Positions 1 to 9,807 are shown, numbered from the stretch's first letter. The stretch is 32,000 bases of DNA from Alkalilimnicola ehrlichii MLHE-1 (GCF_000014785.1 NC_008340.1:540001-572000); one strand, 5' to 3'. Notes: generated from the sequence alone by a model not told the origin. Program-made: numbers and translations.

Positions 1-312
1 GTCCACAAGATCGTCGCACCGCGCTACAGGGAGTTCTCCACGCTGATCATTACGAAGCAGACCCTGGGCCGGCGCCGCAAGAAGCGGGAGCCGCTGAGTC
101 GGACGGAGAGCGAGCGCCTGGCGCGGATTGCGCGGGTATGGTCGATGGCAAAAGACGTTTACAAGGATGAGGACCTGGCCCGAGCTTTTCTGAGCCGGCC
201 GCACCAGATGCTCCAGGGGCGAGTCCCGCTGGAGGTGGCCACCGAGACCGAGTACGGCGCTGACGCCGTGGTGGAGATTCTCGGCCGGTTGAAGTACGGG
301 TCAGCGGCGTAA
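1..312 (+). CDS. Xre/ParS/MbcA-type antitoxin (DUF2384 toxin-binding domain), 5' end cut by the window edge
   Basis: Frame 1 is open from base 1 to TAA at 310-312. The C-terminal ...DLARAFLSRPHQMLQGRVPLEVATETEYGADAVVEILGRLKYG resembles the DUF2384 domain as I remember it. Its stop overlaps the ATG of the RES gene (TAATG), typical of TA coupling. Confidence 0.75.
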   Translation, partial: VHKIVAPRYREFSTLIITKQTLGRRRKKREPLSRTESERLARIARVWSMAKDVYKDEDLARAFLSRPHQMLQGRVPLEVATETEYGADAVVEILGRLKYGSAA

Positions 313-794
313 TGGCACAGCGTCTCGACCGGACGCTGACGGCCTATCGAATCGGGGATCCCACGGGGGAGTTCCCGATCTTTGATGCCACCGGATCGAC
401 CCGCCATCCTGGTCGCTGGAATGACGCGGAAACCCCCGTGATATATGCGGGTGAGCACTACTCGACAGCGATGCTGGAGAAGCTTGCTCACGCCGACGGC
501 CTTATGCCCCCAGACCAGCACTTCATCCAGATCACGCTTCCCCGGGGGCTGAGTTACGAGATGGTGACCAAGGATCACCTCCCCGATTGGGCGGCGCCAG
601 ACTGCGTAGCCGCGCGAGAGTATGGGGTCAGGTGGGTCGCGGAGCAACGTTCCGTGGTGCTCTTCGTACCGTCGTTCGTTGCACGGGTCGAGCATAACGT
701 GCTCATCAACCCGGAGCACCGCGAGTTCGGCAAAATCGAAACCTCGATCCCGCATCCGGTCTGGTGGGATCGACGTCTTTTCGGCACGGACTGA
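312..794 (+). CDS. RES-domain toxin (NAD+-degrading ParT/MbcT-like family)
   Basis: 160 aa. Spaced R..E..S signature candidates are present (STRHPGRWND, GEHYSTAMLE, LFVPSFV), and the size and position directly after a DUF2384 antitoxin fit the family. Confidence 0.8.
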   Translation: MAQRLDRTLTAYRIGDPTGEFPIFDATGSTRHPGRWNDAETPVIYAGEHYSTAMLEKLAHADGLMPPDQHFIQITLPRGLSYEMVTKDHLPDWAAPDCVAAREYGVRWVAEQRSVVLFVPSFVARVEHNVLINPEHREFGKIETSIPHPVWWDRRLFGTD

Positions 795-1064
795 CGGGGA
801 ATCCCGACGGGGTTTCATGCCACCGCGCTCGGTACGCCGGCGTGACTGGCTTTGGTGTCGGGGGCGGACAGCAGCGTAGTGAACTCGGACAAGAACACGG
901 TCACTGTCCCCCGCCCGGCGATACTGTCGGGCCGGACCTCCGTTTGAAGGCTCAACGCACGCGTTTGCCATCCGCCACCCAGTTGGATATATACTGACAA
1001 CAAGTCTAAAGAACTCTACCCCTTGGAGACGCCCGCTACCGTGAGACCCTTGCTTAGAGGGGTA

Positions 1065-1460
1065 ATGTGCTGGTTGATAGTGCTTGCAGTGATCGGCATG
1101 CCCGCCGTTGCTGCCGGCAATGCCAGTTTGTCGTCCGTCTCCGAGCCGGCAAGCCAAACGGCCGCTCACTCCGAATGCGGCCAGCATCACCACGATCGCC
1201 ATGAGACGTGTCCTGCCGATGCCTCTCTGTCCGAGGGCGGGGGGCAGGGTCACCCCGTGCAACACACTGCCCATGAACACCACGCGGACTGCGTGGATGT
1301 GGGGTGTGTAGCGAATTGCGCCACCTGTATGTATTGCCAGGGTGCTGTCACGCTACCGGTTGTCACTGAGGTGTCACTGGCCACGCCGTCCGTCCTGGCT
1401 GCCCCGTCCGTTGCCAGCCTCGGACGCACGACCCCCTTCCGTCCCCCAATTCGCTCCTGA
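1065..1460 (+). CDS. Small secreted His/Cys-rich protein, putative metal-binding (possibly DUF2946-like)
   Basis: ATG at 1065 is preceded by AGAGGGG. It has a signal-like N-terminus (MCWLIVLAVIGMPAVAAG), His clusters (HSECGQHHHDRHETC, HTAHEHHADC) and CxxC-type cysteines (CVANCATCMYC). It is the first gene of the copper cluster. The family call is from memory only. Confidence 0.5.
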   Translation: MCWLIVLAVIGMPAVAAGNASLSSVSEPASQTAAHSECGQHHHDRHETCPADASLSEGGGQGHPVQHTAHEHHADCVDVGCVANCATCMYCQGAVTLPVVTEVSLATPSVLAAPSVASLGRTTPFRPPIRS

Positions 1461-1598
1461 TCCTCAAAGCGCCGGGTTGCCGGCGATTCATCCTCGTGTC
1501 CCGTTGCCGCCTGCCAAGGGGTGCGGCTTTGCCGTCGCACCGCGGTCAGACGCCCCTCGGACACGCACGACCACCCTATTGGATCAAGGGATTTGGGT

Positions 1599-3080
1599 AT
1601 GCGGGTAAAGCGAATTGCACTTCCCGTTTTGTCGGTCCTGTTCTTGGCCGGATGCGCCACGACTGTGCCCGACTTGGACAGAGAGCGTTTGGAAGGGGAC
1701 CTCATGGCCTATGGGGTGACCCTTTCAGAGGAAGAGCTACCGAAACCGCGGGGAGAGTTGGAACTCGAATCGGCGATTCACCAGGCGCTCTTGCGCAATC
1801 CCCGTATGCAGGCGGCGTACGCCAGGCTGGACCTGGAGGCCGCCGACGTCATTGAGGCCTCGCAGTTTGCCAACCCATCACTGTCGCTCTCCGTGCTGCG
1901 CCCGGAGGGCGGCGGTGGCAATGAATACGGGATTGGCCTGGCCTGGGGGATTTCCGGCTGGTTGCTGCGTAGCGCCAGGATCGACATCGCGGAGTCGCAC
2001 TGGGAATCCACCCGACTGCAGTTGACCGAGGGCATGGTCGCCCTGGCCAGTGATACCGAGCGTGCCTGGTATGAGGCCGTCGCCGCGCGGCAGCAAGCAC
2101 AGGTGCAAGCGCTGGAAACCCGGGCGGCCGATTTGGGATTGCGACTGGGTCAGCGCTTCCATGAGGCCGGCAACATCACCGACCTGGACAAGGCTCACCT
2201 GCGTATTCGTGCGACCGAGTCCAGATTGCAGTTGGAGGAGGCACGCCGTCAGGAGCGTGCAACTCGGCTGTACCTGGCACACCTGATGGGGATCCCCGGC
2301 GAAATCGAGGACTGGTCCGTGCCGGCGACGCTGCCCTTGCCGCTTGCCGACCCGGATGCCCCCGGGGCCCTTGTCGACCAGGCATTGGACGGGCGGCTTG
2401 ATCTGGCGGCTCTGGATAAGGCCTTGGACGGTATGACTGAGGGGGTCGCCCTGGTCCGTCGCTACCGCTGGCTGGGCGACATTGAGCCTGGTATCGAGTT
2501 CGAGCGGGAGACAGACGGAACCCGCCTATGGGGTGGCGGGATTACCTTCACCCTCCCCCTATTCAATCGGAACCAGAGCGGCGTACACCGGGCTGAGGCG
2601 CGCCTGCGGGAGGGTGAAGCGCGTAGGGATCGACTGACGGACGCCATTATCGCTGACGTGCACGAACAGCACTATCGGCTGCTCCACCACCGGGAACGGT
2701 TCAGGATGATGCGCGAAGAGTTGCTCCCGGCACGAGAGATCGCCATGGCCGGCATCCAGGAGCGGGTGAACTACATGTTCGACGACGTGTTCGACCTGCT
2801 GGAGCACAAGCAGGAGGAGCTTCGCGACTGGCGCCGCACGGTGGCGGAGCTCGGGGACTATTGGCGTGCCCGGGCAGATTTGGCTTACGCCGTGGCTGGA
2901 CCGCTACCCGGTGGTCCCGTCGGCCGCGAAGGCTATTTCGATATCGGGCAGTTGGAACGCGAGCCTGGGCAGATGCATCACCACCATGACCATGGACACG
3001 ACCACGAGGACCATGGCGAGCCCCACGATCACGAGCACGGTGACCACACCGAACATTCTGGGCACGGAGGGCATCATTGA
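1599..3080 (+). CDS. TolC-family outer-membrane efflux lipoprotein (CusC/CzcC-like) with a His-rich C-terminal tail
   Basis: ATG at 1599 gives MRVKRIALPVLSVLFLAGC, a lipobox (LAGC). The body has the two-repeat TolC/OMF-like organisation. The tail is QMHHHHDHGHDHEDHGEPHDHEHGDHTEHSGHGGHH. The stop overlaps the next gene. Confidence 0.85.
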   Translation: MRVKRIALPVLSVLFLAGCATTVPDLDRERLEGDLMAYGVTLSEEELPKPRGELELESAIHQALLRNPRMQAAYARLDLEAADVIEASQFANPSLSLSVLRPEGGGGNEYGIGLAWGISGWLLRSARIDIAESHWESTRLQLTEGMVALASDTERAWYEAVAARQQAQVQALETRAADLGLRLGQRFHEAGNITDLDKAHLRIRATESRLQLEEARRQERATRLYLAHLMGIPGEIEDWSVPATLPLPLADPDAPGALVDQALDGRLDLAALDKALDGMTEGVALVRRYRWLGDIEPGIEFERETDGTRLWGGGITFTLPLFNRNQSGVHRAEARLREGEARRDRLTDAIIADVHEQHYRLLHHRERFRMMREELLPAREIAMAGIQERVNYMFDDVFDLLEHKQEELRDWRRTVAELGDYWRARADLAYAVAGPLPGGPVGREGYFDIGQLEREPGQMHHHHDHGHDHEDHGEPHDHEHGDHTEHSGHGGHH

Positions 3081-4483
3081 TGAAGCGTCGCAATTTCCTG
3101 CTTGCCGCCAGCGCTGTCCTGCCGGCTGCCACCCTGACCCGCGTAATGGCCGAATCCGGTCACGTCCACCACAACGAGGGGGACCGGACGCCCGGACAAC
3201 GCACCGACCAGGGCTATATGCCTGTCCATACCCCCAATGGCTGGACATTGCCGTACGAGATCAAGGACGGCGTCAAGGAATTCCACCTGGTTGCGGAAGA
3301 GATCGAGCACGAATTCGCCCCCGGATCCGTTGCCAAATGCTGGGGTTACAACGGCACCACCCCAGGTCCGACCATCGAGGCTGTGGAGGGGGATCGGGTG
3401 CGAATCTATGTGACGAATCGCCTCCCGGAATACACCTCCGTCCACTGGCACGGCATTCATTTGCCCTCGGGAATGGATGGTGTGAAGGGCGTCACTCAGC
3501 CGCCGATTCACCCCGGGGAGACCTTTGTCTATGAGTTCGAGCTCAATCAGCATGGGACGCATATGTACCACCCCCATGCCGATGAAATGGTGCAGATGGC
3601 GATGGGCATGATGGGGATGTTCATCATCCACCCCAAGGACGGCGAGATAGAGCCGGTGGATCGCGACTACGCCATCCTGCTGCACAACTGGGCGCTGCAT
3701 CCGGGGACCCGGCGGCCTGATCCCTCCATCATGGTCGATTTCGACCTTTGGTCGATGAACTCGAAGGTATTTCCCGCGATTGACTCCTTGGTGGCCAAGA
3801 CCGGCGAAAGGGTGCGTATCCGGATGGGCAATCTATCCATGTGGAATCACCCCATGCACGTGCACGGCGTGTCGTTCGAAGTGACCGGCTCGGATGGCGG
3901 GCGTTGGCCCCGGTCTCAATGGCGGAAGGAGACCACCGAGATCGTCGGGGTGGGGCAGGTCCGGGATATCGAATTTATCGCTCCACCGGGCGACTGGGCG
4001 TTTCATTGCCACATGACCCACCACACCATGAACCCCATGGGGCATGGCATCGCCAACCCGCTCGGGGTGGACCAGTCCGGTATCGAAGAGGAGATCCGCA
4101 CCCTGTTGCCCGAATACATGGCGATGGGCCAGCACGGCATGGCCGATCACCAGGCCCATACCGATGGCGGCCACATGCGCGGGCCGGACAATACGCTCGC
4201 GATGGCCATGGGCGAGGGGCCTTTCGGCACGATCGGCATGGGGGGGATGTTCACCCTGGTCAAGGTCCGGGATGATTTGGCGCCCGGTGATTTCTCCGAC
4301 CCGGGCTGGTACTGGCATCCGGATGGCGAAGTGGCGTGGCGGGTGAGCGACGACCCCGACTTTGGCAACCCGGTGCGCCGGGGCAAGCTCGCCGGGGCGG
4401 GGGCCGAGGACCTGCCAACGCCCCGGCGTGACGGGCACGGACACCACGGTAACCACGGGCACGGCGACCACCACGACCATTGA
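3077..4483 (+). CDS. Tat-exported multicopper oxidase (CopA/CueO-like copper resistance oxidase)
   Basis: Twin-arginine leader MMKRRNFLLAASAVLPAATL. Copper-ligand motifs HWHG, HPMHVHG and HCHMTHH are present, as are Met-rich segments (MVQMAMGMMGMF, EYMAMGQHGMADH) and a His-rich tail GHGHHGNHGHGDHHDH. Confidence 0.9.
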   Translation: MMKRRNFLLAASAVLPAATLTRVMAESGHVHHNEGDRTPGQRTDQGYMPVHTPNGWTLPYEIKDGVKEFHLVAEEIEHEFAPGSVAKCWGYNGTTPGPTIEAVEGDRVRIYVTNRLPEYTSVHWHGIHLPSGMDGVKGVTQPPIHPGETFVYEFELNQHGTHMYHPHADEMVQMAMGMMGMFIIHPKDGEIEPVDRDYAILLHNWALHPGTRRPDPSIMVDFDLWSMNSKVFPAIDSLVAKTGERVRIRMGNLSMWNHPMHVHGVSFEVTGSDGGRWPRSQWRKETTEIVGVGQVRDIEFIAPPGDWAFHCHMTHHTMNPMGHGIANPLGVDQSGIEEEIRTLLPEYMAMGQHGMADHQAHTDGGHMRGPDNTLAMAMGEGPFGTIGMGGMFTLVKVRDDLAPGDFSDPGWYWHPDGEVAWRVSDDPDFGNPVRRGKLAGAGAEDLPTPRRDGHGHHGNHGHGDHHDH

Positions 4484-4567
4484 TCCGGAAGGGGCGGCCG
4501 GTGCGGTGGTATTCAGAACCACTGCCCCAATTTCATTAAACGCACTAATTTCCAAGGAGACTTGACC

Positions 4568-4930
4568 ATGAAGGCATACCTCAAACTTGGCCTGGCCGGA
4601 CTTGTGGCCGTGATGATGGGGTTGAGCGCCCCGCTCATGGCCCATGAGGGCGAGTTGGGCACCCTCCCTGAGGAAGGGACTACCGTGCAAGGCAGTCCGG
4701 AGGAGATTGGCATCTATTTTGACGGCGCAATGCGCATTACGCAGTTCGACGTGACCGGCCCGCAGGGGCGCGTGCGACTGGTGGATGTGCCCGGCAACGA
4801 GCCGACCGAGGACTACCGCGTGGCCCCGGCGGATGAACTGGCGCCAGGGACCTATCAGGTTCGCTGGCGTGGTCTGGCCCGGGACGGCCACATGATGTCC
4901 GGTGGATTCAGCTTCAGCGTAGAGGACTAA
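4568..4930 (+). CDS. copC: CopC-family periplasmic copper-binding protein
   Basis: AAGGAG sits 8 nt upstream of ATG 4568. A signal peptide ends in ...PLMAHEG (mature N-terminal His is typical of CopC). The C-terminal GTYQVRWRGLARDGHMMSGGFSFSV matches the CopC fold signature. Confidence 0.85.
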   Translation: MKAYLKLGLAGLVAVMMGLSAPLMAHEGELGTLPEEGTTVQGSPEEIGIYFDGAMRITQFDVTGPQGRVRLVDVPGNEPTEDYRVAPADELAPGTYQVRWRGLARDGHMMSGGFSFSVED

Positions 4931-4933
4931 GCA

Positions 4934-5836
4934 ATGGCCTGGGTATCAGCACTGGCGGACCAAGATGCCTGGTCGGTGCTGCTGATCCTGGTGGATGCGG
5001 GCATCTACCTGGGGGCCTTGTTGGCCGTCGGGTCGGTGTTATTCCGTTTCGTATTCCGAGGCGGGCCGGACCGGGCGCACCAGAGCGCGCGGCGGATGGG
5101 GGCATTGGCCGCCGCCGCCGCGTTAGTCCTGCTCCTATTGAAATGGCCACTCCAGGCGGGCTTCCTCGGTGGCGGCACGCTGTCTGCGGCGACCGATCCG
5201 ATGCTGCTCATGATGTTGCTCGATGGCGCCTTCGGTATCCAACTCCTGCTGATGGCCGGGGGGTTGGTGGTGCTCCAGTTCGGACTGCTGCGCGTTCCAT
5301 TGCCGATGCCACTGCGGGTGGTCGCGGCCACCGCCGGCTGCGCGTTGGTGCTGTCGGCGTTCGTGCAAGTGGGCCACACCGTCCGTGAGCCTCGCACCCT
5401 CCTGATGGGGCTTCTGATGCTGCACCTTCTGTGTGTGGCGTTCTGGCTGGCCGCATTACCGCCCCTGCACCAAGTCTCTTATGGCCAGGACCGGTGGGAA
5501 GCGGCGGCCATCCTGAGACGTTTTGGACAACTGGCGACCTTCGCCGTTGGGGTGCTCGTGGTCGCGGGTGTTGCCCTGGCCTGGCAATTGCTGGGGGGTC
5601 TACAGCCCTTGCTCACCACAGCGTATGGCCAGGTCCTGCTCGGAAAGGTGTCTGCGGTCGGTTTGTTGCTGTTATTTGCCGCCATGAACAAGCTCTGGCT
5701 GGTGCCCGCGTTCGAGAATGCAGCGCCTGCTGCGCCGCTGCGACTCCGGCGCAGCATCCGGATCGAGGCGGTCATAGCCATTCTGATCGTGCTGATAACG
5801 GCTTTGCTGACCTCGGTCGGCACGCCCGGCGCGTGA
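4934..5836 (+). CDS. copD: CopD-family inner-membrane copper resistance protein
   Basis: 300 aa and highly hydrophobic with about 8 predicted TM segments. It follows copC by 3 nt, the classical copCD pairing. Confidence 0.85.
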   Translation: MAWVSALADQDAWSVLLILVDAGIYLGALLAVGSVLFRFVFRGGPDRAHQSARRMGALAAAAALVLLLLKWPLQAGFLGGGTLSAATDPMLLMMLLDGAFGIQLLLMAGGLVVLQFGLLRVPLPMPLRVVAATAGCALVLSAFVQVGHTVREPRTLLMGLLMLHLLCVAFWLAALPPLHQVSYGQDRWEAAAILRRFGQLATFAVGVLVVAGVALAWQLLGGLQPLLTTAYGQVLLGKVSAVGLLLLFAAMNKLWLVPAFENAAPAAPLRLRRSIRIEAVIAILIVLITALLTSVGTPGA

Positions 5837-5903
5837 CCCTCAGCGCCCTGCACGGATATGATGCCCTGAAATGGAGTAGACCCTCGAAGGACACCAACAC
5901 CCC

Positions 5904-8330
5904 ATGATCCTCACCCTCAACCAACTCGAACGCCATCTCTTCAAGGCCGCCGACATCCTCCGGGGCCGCATGGACGCCTCGGAGTTCAAGGAATACATCT
6001 TCGGCATGCTCTTCCTCAAGCGCTGCTCCGACGTCTTCGACCAGCGCCGGGAGGAGGTGCGCGGGAGTCTCCAGGCCAGCGGCAAGAGCGAGGCCGAGAT
6101 CGCCCAACTCATCGAGATGCCCCACTGGTACAAGGCGGACTTCTTCGTCCCGCCCCAATCCCGCTGGGACCACCTGCTCAACGAGGCCCACCAGGGCGTG
6201 GGCAGCGCCCTCAACAAGGCCCTGGCCGGCCTGGAAGAGCACAACCACGGCCTGGCCGGGGTGCTGGAGCACATCGACTTCACCCGCAAGGTGGGCTCCA
6301 CCACCCTGCCGGACCGGAAGCTGCGCGACCTCATCGCCCACTTCAGTGAGTACCGCCTGCGCAACGAGGACTTCGAGTTCCCCGACCTGCTGGGCGCCGC
6401 CTACGAATACCTCATCCGCGACTTCGCCGACTCCGCCGGCAAGAAGGGGGGCGAGTTCTACACCCCGCGCCCGGTGGTGCGCATGATGGTCCGCCTGATG
6501 GACCCGCAGGAAGGCCACCGCGTCTATGACCCCTGCATGGGTTCCGGCGGCATGCTCATCATGGCCAAGGAGTACCTGGAAGAGCATGGGGGCGATCCGC
6601 GCCTGCTCAACCTCTTCGGCCAGGAGGCCTCCGGCTCCGTCTGGGCCATAGCCAAGATGAACATGTTGCTGCACGGCATCAGCTCCGCCGACCTGCGCAA
6701 CGAAGACACCCTGACCGATCCCCAACATGTGGAAGGCGGCGAGCTGAAGCGGTTCGACCGCATCCTCACCAATCCGCCCTTCTCCATCGGTTACACCCCC
6801 AGCCAGCACTTCCCCGAGCGCTTCCGCTACGGCAGCGTGCCGGAGGGGGCGAAAAAGGCCGACCTGATGTTCCTGCAGCACATGGTGGCCTGCCTCAACG
6901 CCAACGGCCGCCTGGCCACCGTCATGCCCCACGGCGTGCTCTTCCGGGGCGGGGACGAAAAGCGCATCCGCGCCGGGCTGCTGGAGGACGACCTGGTGGA
7001 GGCGGTCATCGGCCTGGCCCCCAACCTCTTCTACGGCACCGGCATCCCCGCCAGCATCCTGGTGCTTCGGGCCAAGGGCGCCAAGCCGGCCGAGCGCCAG
7101 GGGAAGGTCCTGTTCATCAACGCCGACCGGGAGTACCACGAGGGCCGCGCCCAGAACCACCTGCTGCCGGAACACATCGAGAAGATCGCCAGCACCTACG
7201 AGGCCTTCGAGGCCGTGCCCGGCTTCGCCGAAGTGGTGCCCCTGGAGACCCTGCGCGAGAACGACTACAACCTCAACATCCGCCGCTACGCCGACAACAC
7301 CCCGCCCCCCGAGCCCCAGGACGTGCGCGCCCACCTAAAGGGCGGCGTGCCGGTGAAGGAGATCCACGCCAAACGGCCCCTGTTCGACGCCCACGGCCTC
7401 GACCCCATGGGCCTGTTCCAGTCCCGGTCCGACGACCCGGACTACGTGGACTTCCCCCCGGCCCTGACCGACAAGCGCGACCTCAAGCCCGCCATCGAGG
7501 GGGATGCCGGCGTGCAGGAGAAGGAGGCGCGGGTGCTGACCGCCTTCGAGGCCTGGTGGGCCGAACACGGCGGCAGCATCACCGGCCTCTCCGGCAACGG
7601 CGGCCGCCTGACCCGGTTGCGGGACGAGCTGCTGGGCAGCTTCGCCGCCGCTCTGGAACCGATGGGCATGCTCGACCGCTTCGCCGTGCGCGGGATCATC
7701 GCCGGGTTCTGGTTCGACAACAAAAACGAGTTCCGCACCCTGCAGGCCCGGGGCTGCCTGGGCGTGGCGGACGCTTGGCGCACCAGCATCATCAGCCTGC
7801 TGGAGGACGACCAGAGCAAGGCCAACCCCCTGGACCACCCGCTGGTCCACCACCTGCTGGAAGACTACGTGGCCGAACTGGAAGAGCTGGCCGCCCGCAA
7901 GGCCGAGCTGGACGCCCGCATCAAGGCCGCCGAGGCCAAGCCCAGGGCCGAGGAGGAGGGCGACGCCGAAGCGGGGGAGGGCGACGAGGACGACGACGCC
8001 CCCACACCGGAGCAGATCAAGGCGTGGAAGAAAGAGCGCACGGCGGTGAACAAACAGCGCAAGGCCAAGGTGGCCAGCTTCGAGCAGCACCTGAACGAGG
8101 CCGTGGACGCCCTGGACGAGACCGCCGCCGCCGAGTTGGTGGGCGGCATCCTGCACGACCAACTGCGGGCCATCCTGACGCGGTATATCCGGCAACAGCG
8201 CCAGACGGTGGTGGCCGCCTTCGAGACCTGGTGGGACAAGTACCGGGTGACGCTGGCGGACATCGAGGCGGAGCGGGATGCCGCCGCGAGGGAGTTGCGG
8301 GGGTATTTGGAGGGCTTGGGGTATGTCTGA
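5904..8330 (+). CDS. hsdM: Type I restriction-modification DNA methyltransferase subunit HsdM, long form with an approx. 330-aa C-terminal extension
   Basis: N-terminal HsdM_N-like [29 protein letters not shown]. AdoMet motif [13 protein letters not shown] and catalytic motif IV LTNPPFS are present. A C-terminal coiled-coil/acidic region precedes the overlap with hsdS. Confidence 0.93.
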   Translation: MILTLNQLERHLFKAADILRGRMDASEFKEYIFGMLFLKRCSDVFDQRREEVRGSLQASGKSEAEIAQLIEMPHWYKADFFVPPQSRWDHLLNEAHQGVGSALNKALAGLEEHNHGLAGVLEHIDFTRKVGSTTLPDRKLRDLIAHFSEYRLRNEDFEFPDLLGAAYEYLIRDFADSAGKKGGEFYTPRPVVRMMVRLMDPQEGHRVYDPCMGSGGMLIMAKEYLEEHGGDPRLLNLFGQEASGSVWAIAKMNMLLHGISSADLRNEDTLTDPQHVEGGELKRFDRILTNPPFSIGYTPSQHFPERFRYGSVPEGAKKADLMFLQHMVACLNANGRLATVMPHGVLFRGGDEKRIRAGLLEDDLVEAVIGLAPNLFYGTGIPASILVLRAKGAKPAERQGKVLFINADREYHEGRAQNHLLPEHIEKIASTYEAFEAVPGFAEVVPLETLRENDYNLNIRRYADNTPPPEPQDVRAHLKGGVPVKEIHAKRPLFDAHGLDPMGLFQSRSDDPDYVDFPPALTDKRDLKPAIEGDAGVQEKEARVLTAFEAWWAEHGGSITGLSGNGGRLTRLRDELLGSFAAALEPMGMLDRFAVRGIIAGFWFDNKNEFRTLQARGCLGVADAWRTSIISLLEDDQSKANPLDHPLVHHLLEDYVAELEELAARKAELDARIKAAEAKPRAEEEGDAEAGEGDEDDDAPTPEQIKAWKKERTAVNKQRKAKVASFEQHLNEAVDALDETAAAELVGGILHDQLRAILTRYIRQQRQTVVAAFETWWDKYRVTLADIEAERDAAARELRGYLEGLGYV

Positions 8331-9564
8331 TCTCAGTTGGCCAGATGTCAGTCTCGGGAATATATTCACCATCAACACTAGTGCGGTGATCCCGAATGCG
8401 GCCCCCAATACCGAGTTCTATCACCATAGCCTGCCCGCTTGGGACGCCACAGGGGGACCTACGGTGGAAAAAGGCTCTTCGATCGAAAGCAATAAAGTCA
8501 ATATCACCAAGCCTTGCGTGCTGGTTTCAAAGTTGAACCCAAGGAAACCTCGGGTATCTGTGCTTGAATCGGTGGGAAAAGACGAGCGTCATTGCGCCTC
8601 AACAGAATTCGTTTGTCTTGAACCAAAAGCCAAAGAGCACCTCAGGTTCTGGGGCCATCTTTTTTCGAACAAGAGGTTTGCAGGCCACCTTGATCGCATG
8701 GCTATTGGTTCGACCAATAGCCACAAACGGTTTAGCCCCGGGGTGCTCTTGTCCTTAAGGATTGAGCTGCCCTCAGAGCCGGAAAGGAGGCTGATTGCCC
8801 GAATCCTCGACACCCTCGACACCCAGATCCAGAAAACCGAGGCGCTTATTGCCAAGCTGGAGAAGGTCAAGGAAGGCCTGCTCCACGACCTGCTGACCCG
8901 CGGCATCGACGACAACGGCCAGCTACGCCCCAGCCCCGAGCAGGCACCGGAGCTCTACAAGGAATCGCCGCTGGGGTTGATTCCGAGGGAGTGGAACGCA
9001 GTCAGGCTTTATGAAATGGCGGAAAATCATGATGGACAGCGAATTCCGCTCAAAAAGTCGGAGCGCAAACATGGCACATATCCATACTATGGAGCCTCCG
9101 GGATAATTGATTGGGTTGAGGGATATCTATTTGAAGGAAGCTATGTTCTTCTTGGGGAGGATGGTGAGAACGTTGTATCTAGGAACTTGCCGTTGGCATT
9201 CCCTGTTACTGGAAGGTTCTGGGTGAATAATCATGCGCACATATACTCTCCAAAAGATGACTGCGACACCCGGTTCTTGGTTGAGGTGCTTGAGCAAAAG
9301 GATTATTCGCGCTGGGTAAATGGTTCGGCCCAGCCGAAAATAACGCAAGCATCATTGAGAATGATGTGGTTCTGCAAGCCACCAACGGCTGAGCAGAAGG
9401 CTATCTCAAATAGCCTTGAGGCAATCAATCAGCAGATTGACGAAGAGAAGATCAAGATTGCCAAAGTGAGAACGCAAAAAGCAGGGGTCATGGACGACCT
9501 GCTAACCGGCCGCGTCCGCGTCACCCCCCTTCTCGACAAGGCCCAGGCCACGACGCCAGCATAA
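8323..9564 (+). CDS. hsdS: Type I restriction-modification specificity subunit HsdS
   Basis: ATG 8323 overlaps the hsdM stop (ATGTCTGA). Two variable, low-GC target-recognition regions are separated by the conserved helical spacers [21 protein letters not shown] and [23 protein letters not shown]. Confidence 0.9.
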   Translation: MSDLSWPDVSLGNIFTINTSAVIPNAAPNTEFYHHSLPAWDATGGPTVEKGSSIESNKVNITKPCVLVSKLNPRKPRVSVLESVGKDERHCASTEFVCLEPKAKEHLRFWGHLFSNKRFAGHLDRMAIGSTNSHKRFSPGVLLSLRIELPSEPERRLIARILDTLDTQIQKTEALIAKLEKVKEGLLHDLLTRGIDDNGQLRPSPEQAPELYKESPLGLIPREWNAVRLYEMAENHDGQRIPLKKSERKHGTYPYYGASGIIDWVEGYLFEGSYVLLGEDGENVVSRNLPLAFPVTGRFWVNNHAHIYSPKDDCDTRFLVEVLEQKDYSRWVNGSAQPKITQASLRMMWFCKPPTAEQKAISNSLEAINQQIDEEKIKIAKVRTQKAGVMDDLLTGRVRVTPLLDKAQATTPA

Positions 9565-9609
9565 CCGACACCTTCACCAAATCAGGACAGCACCGCACAA
9601 GGACCCGCC

Positions 9610-9792
9610 ATGACCACCTTCGACAGCACCAAACGCTCCCTGCCGGAACTGCTCAAGGACATCACCACCGGCAAGATCCAGCTCCCCGACTTCCAGCGCG
9701 GCTGGGTCCGGGACGACGACCACCTCCAGAGCCTGCTGATTCCGGCGTACCCGTCCGCTCGGCGACGCGCCGGAATCGGCGGGCAGCGGTAG
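9610..9792 (+). pseudogene. N-terminal stub (about 43 codons) of a DUF262/GmrSD-like gene
   Basis: MTTFDSTKRSLPELLKDITTGKIQLPDFQRGW..DDDHLQSLL is the characteristic N-terminus (DFQRG/ParB-like motif) of proteins that are about 550-600 aa long. Resemblance stops at base 9738 and the frame ends 18 codons later. Confidence 0.6.
9738..9777. repeat. 10-bp perfect inverted repeat (GATTCCGGCG / CGCCGGAATC) with a 20-bp spacer, at the DUF262 truncation point
   Basis: Read directly: 9738-9747 is the reverse complement of 9768-9777. The left arm starts at the last base of the last DUF262-like codon. Confidence 0.8.
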
Positions 9793-9807
9793 GTTGCAGG
9801 TGTAATC

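Noticed and set aside
964-995. MerR/CueR-type promoter upstream of the copper cluster (TTTGCC, 20-bp spacer, TATACT)
   Set aside because: The long spacer is suggestive, but the spacer lacks the CueR-like dyad (only ATCC/GGAT, 4 bp), and no merR-family gene is present in the window.
159-1283. 374-aa minus-strand ORF spanning the TA pair and the intergenic region
   Set aside because: It crosses two well-supported plus-strand genes and a non-coding gap, has an Arg-rich composition, and shows no recognisable domain.
2970-3077. CAC/CAT/GAC-rich DNA as a tandem repeat or microsatellite
   Set aside because: It is irregular at the nucleotide level and simply encodes the His/Asp-rich tail of the OMF. 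The same applies to 4430-4480.
5772-8408. 520-aa and 357-aa minus-strand ORFs opposite hsdM
   Set aside because: This is the same high-GC shadow-ORF artefact. The plus strand has the AdoMet and NPPF motifs.
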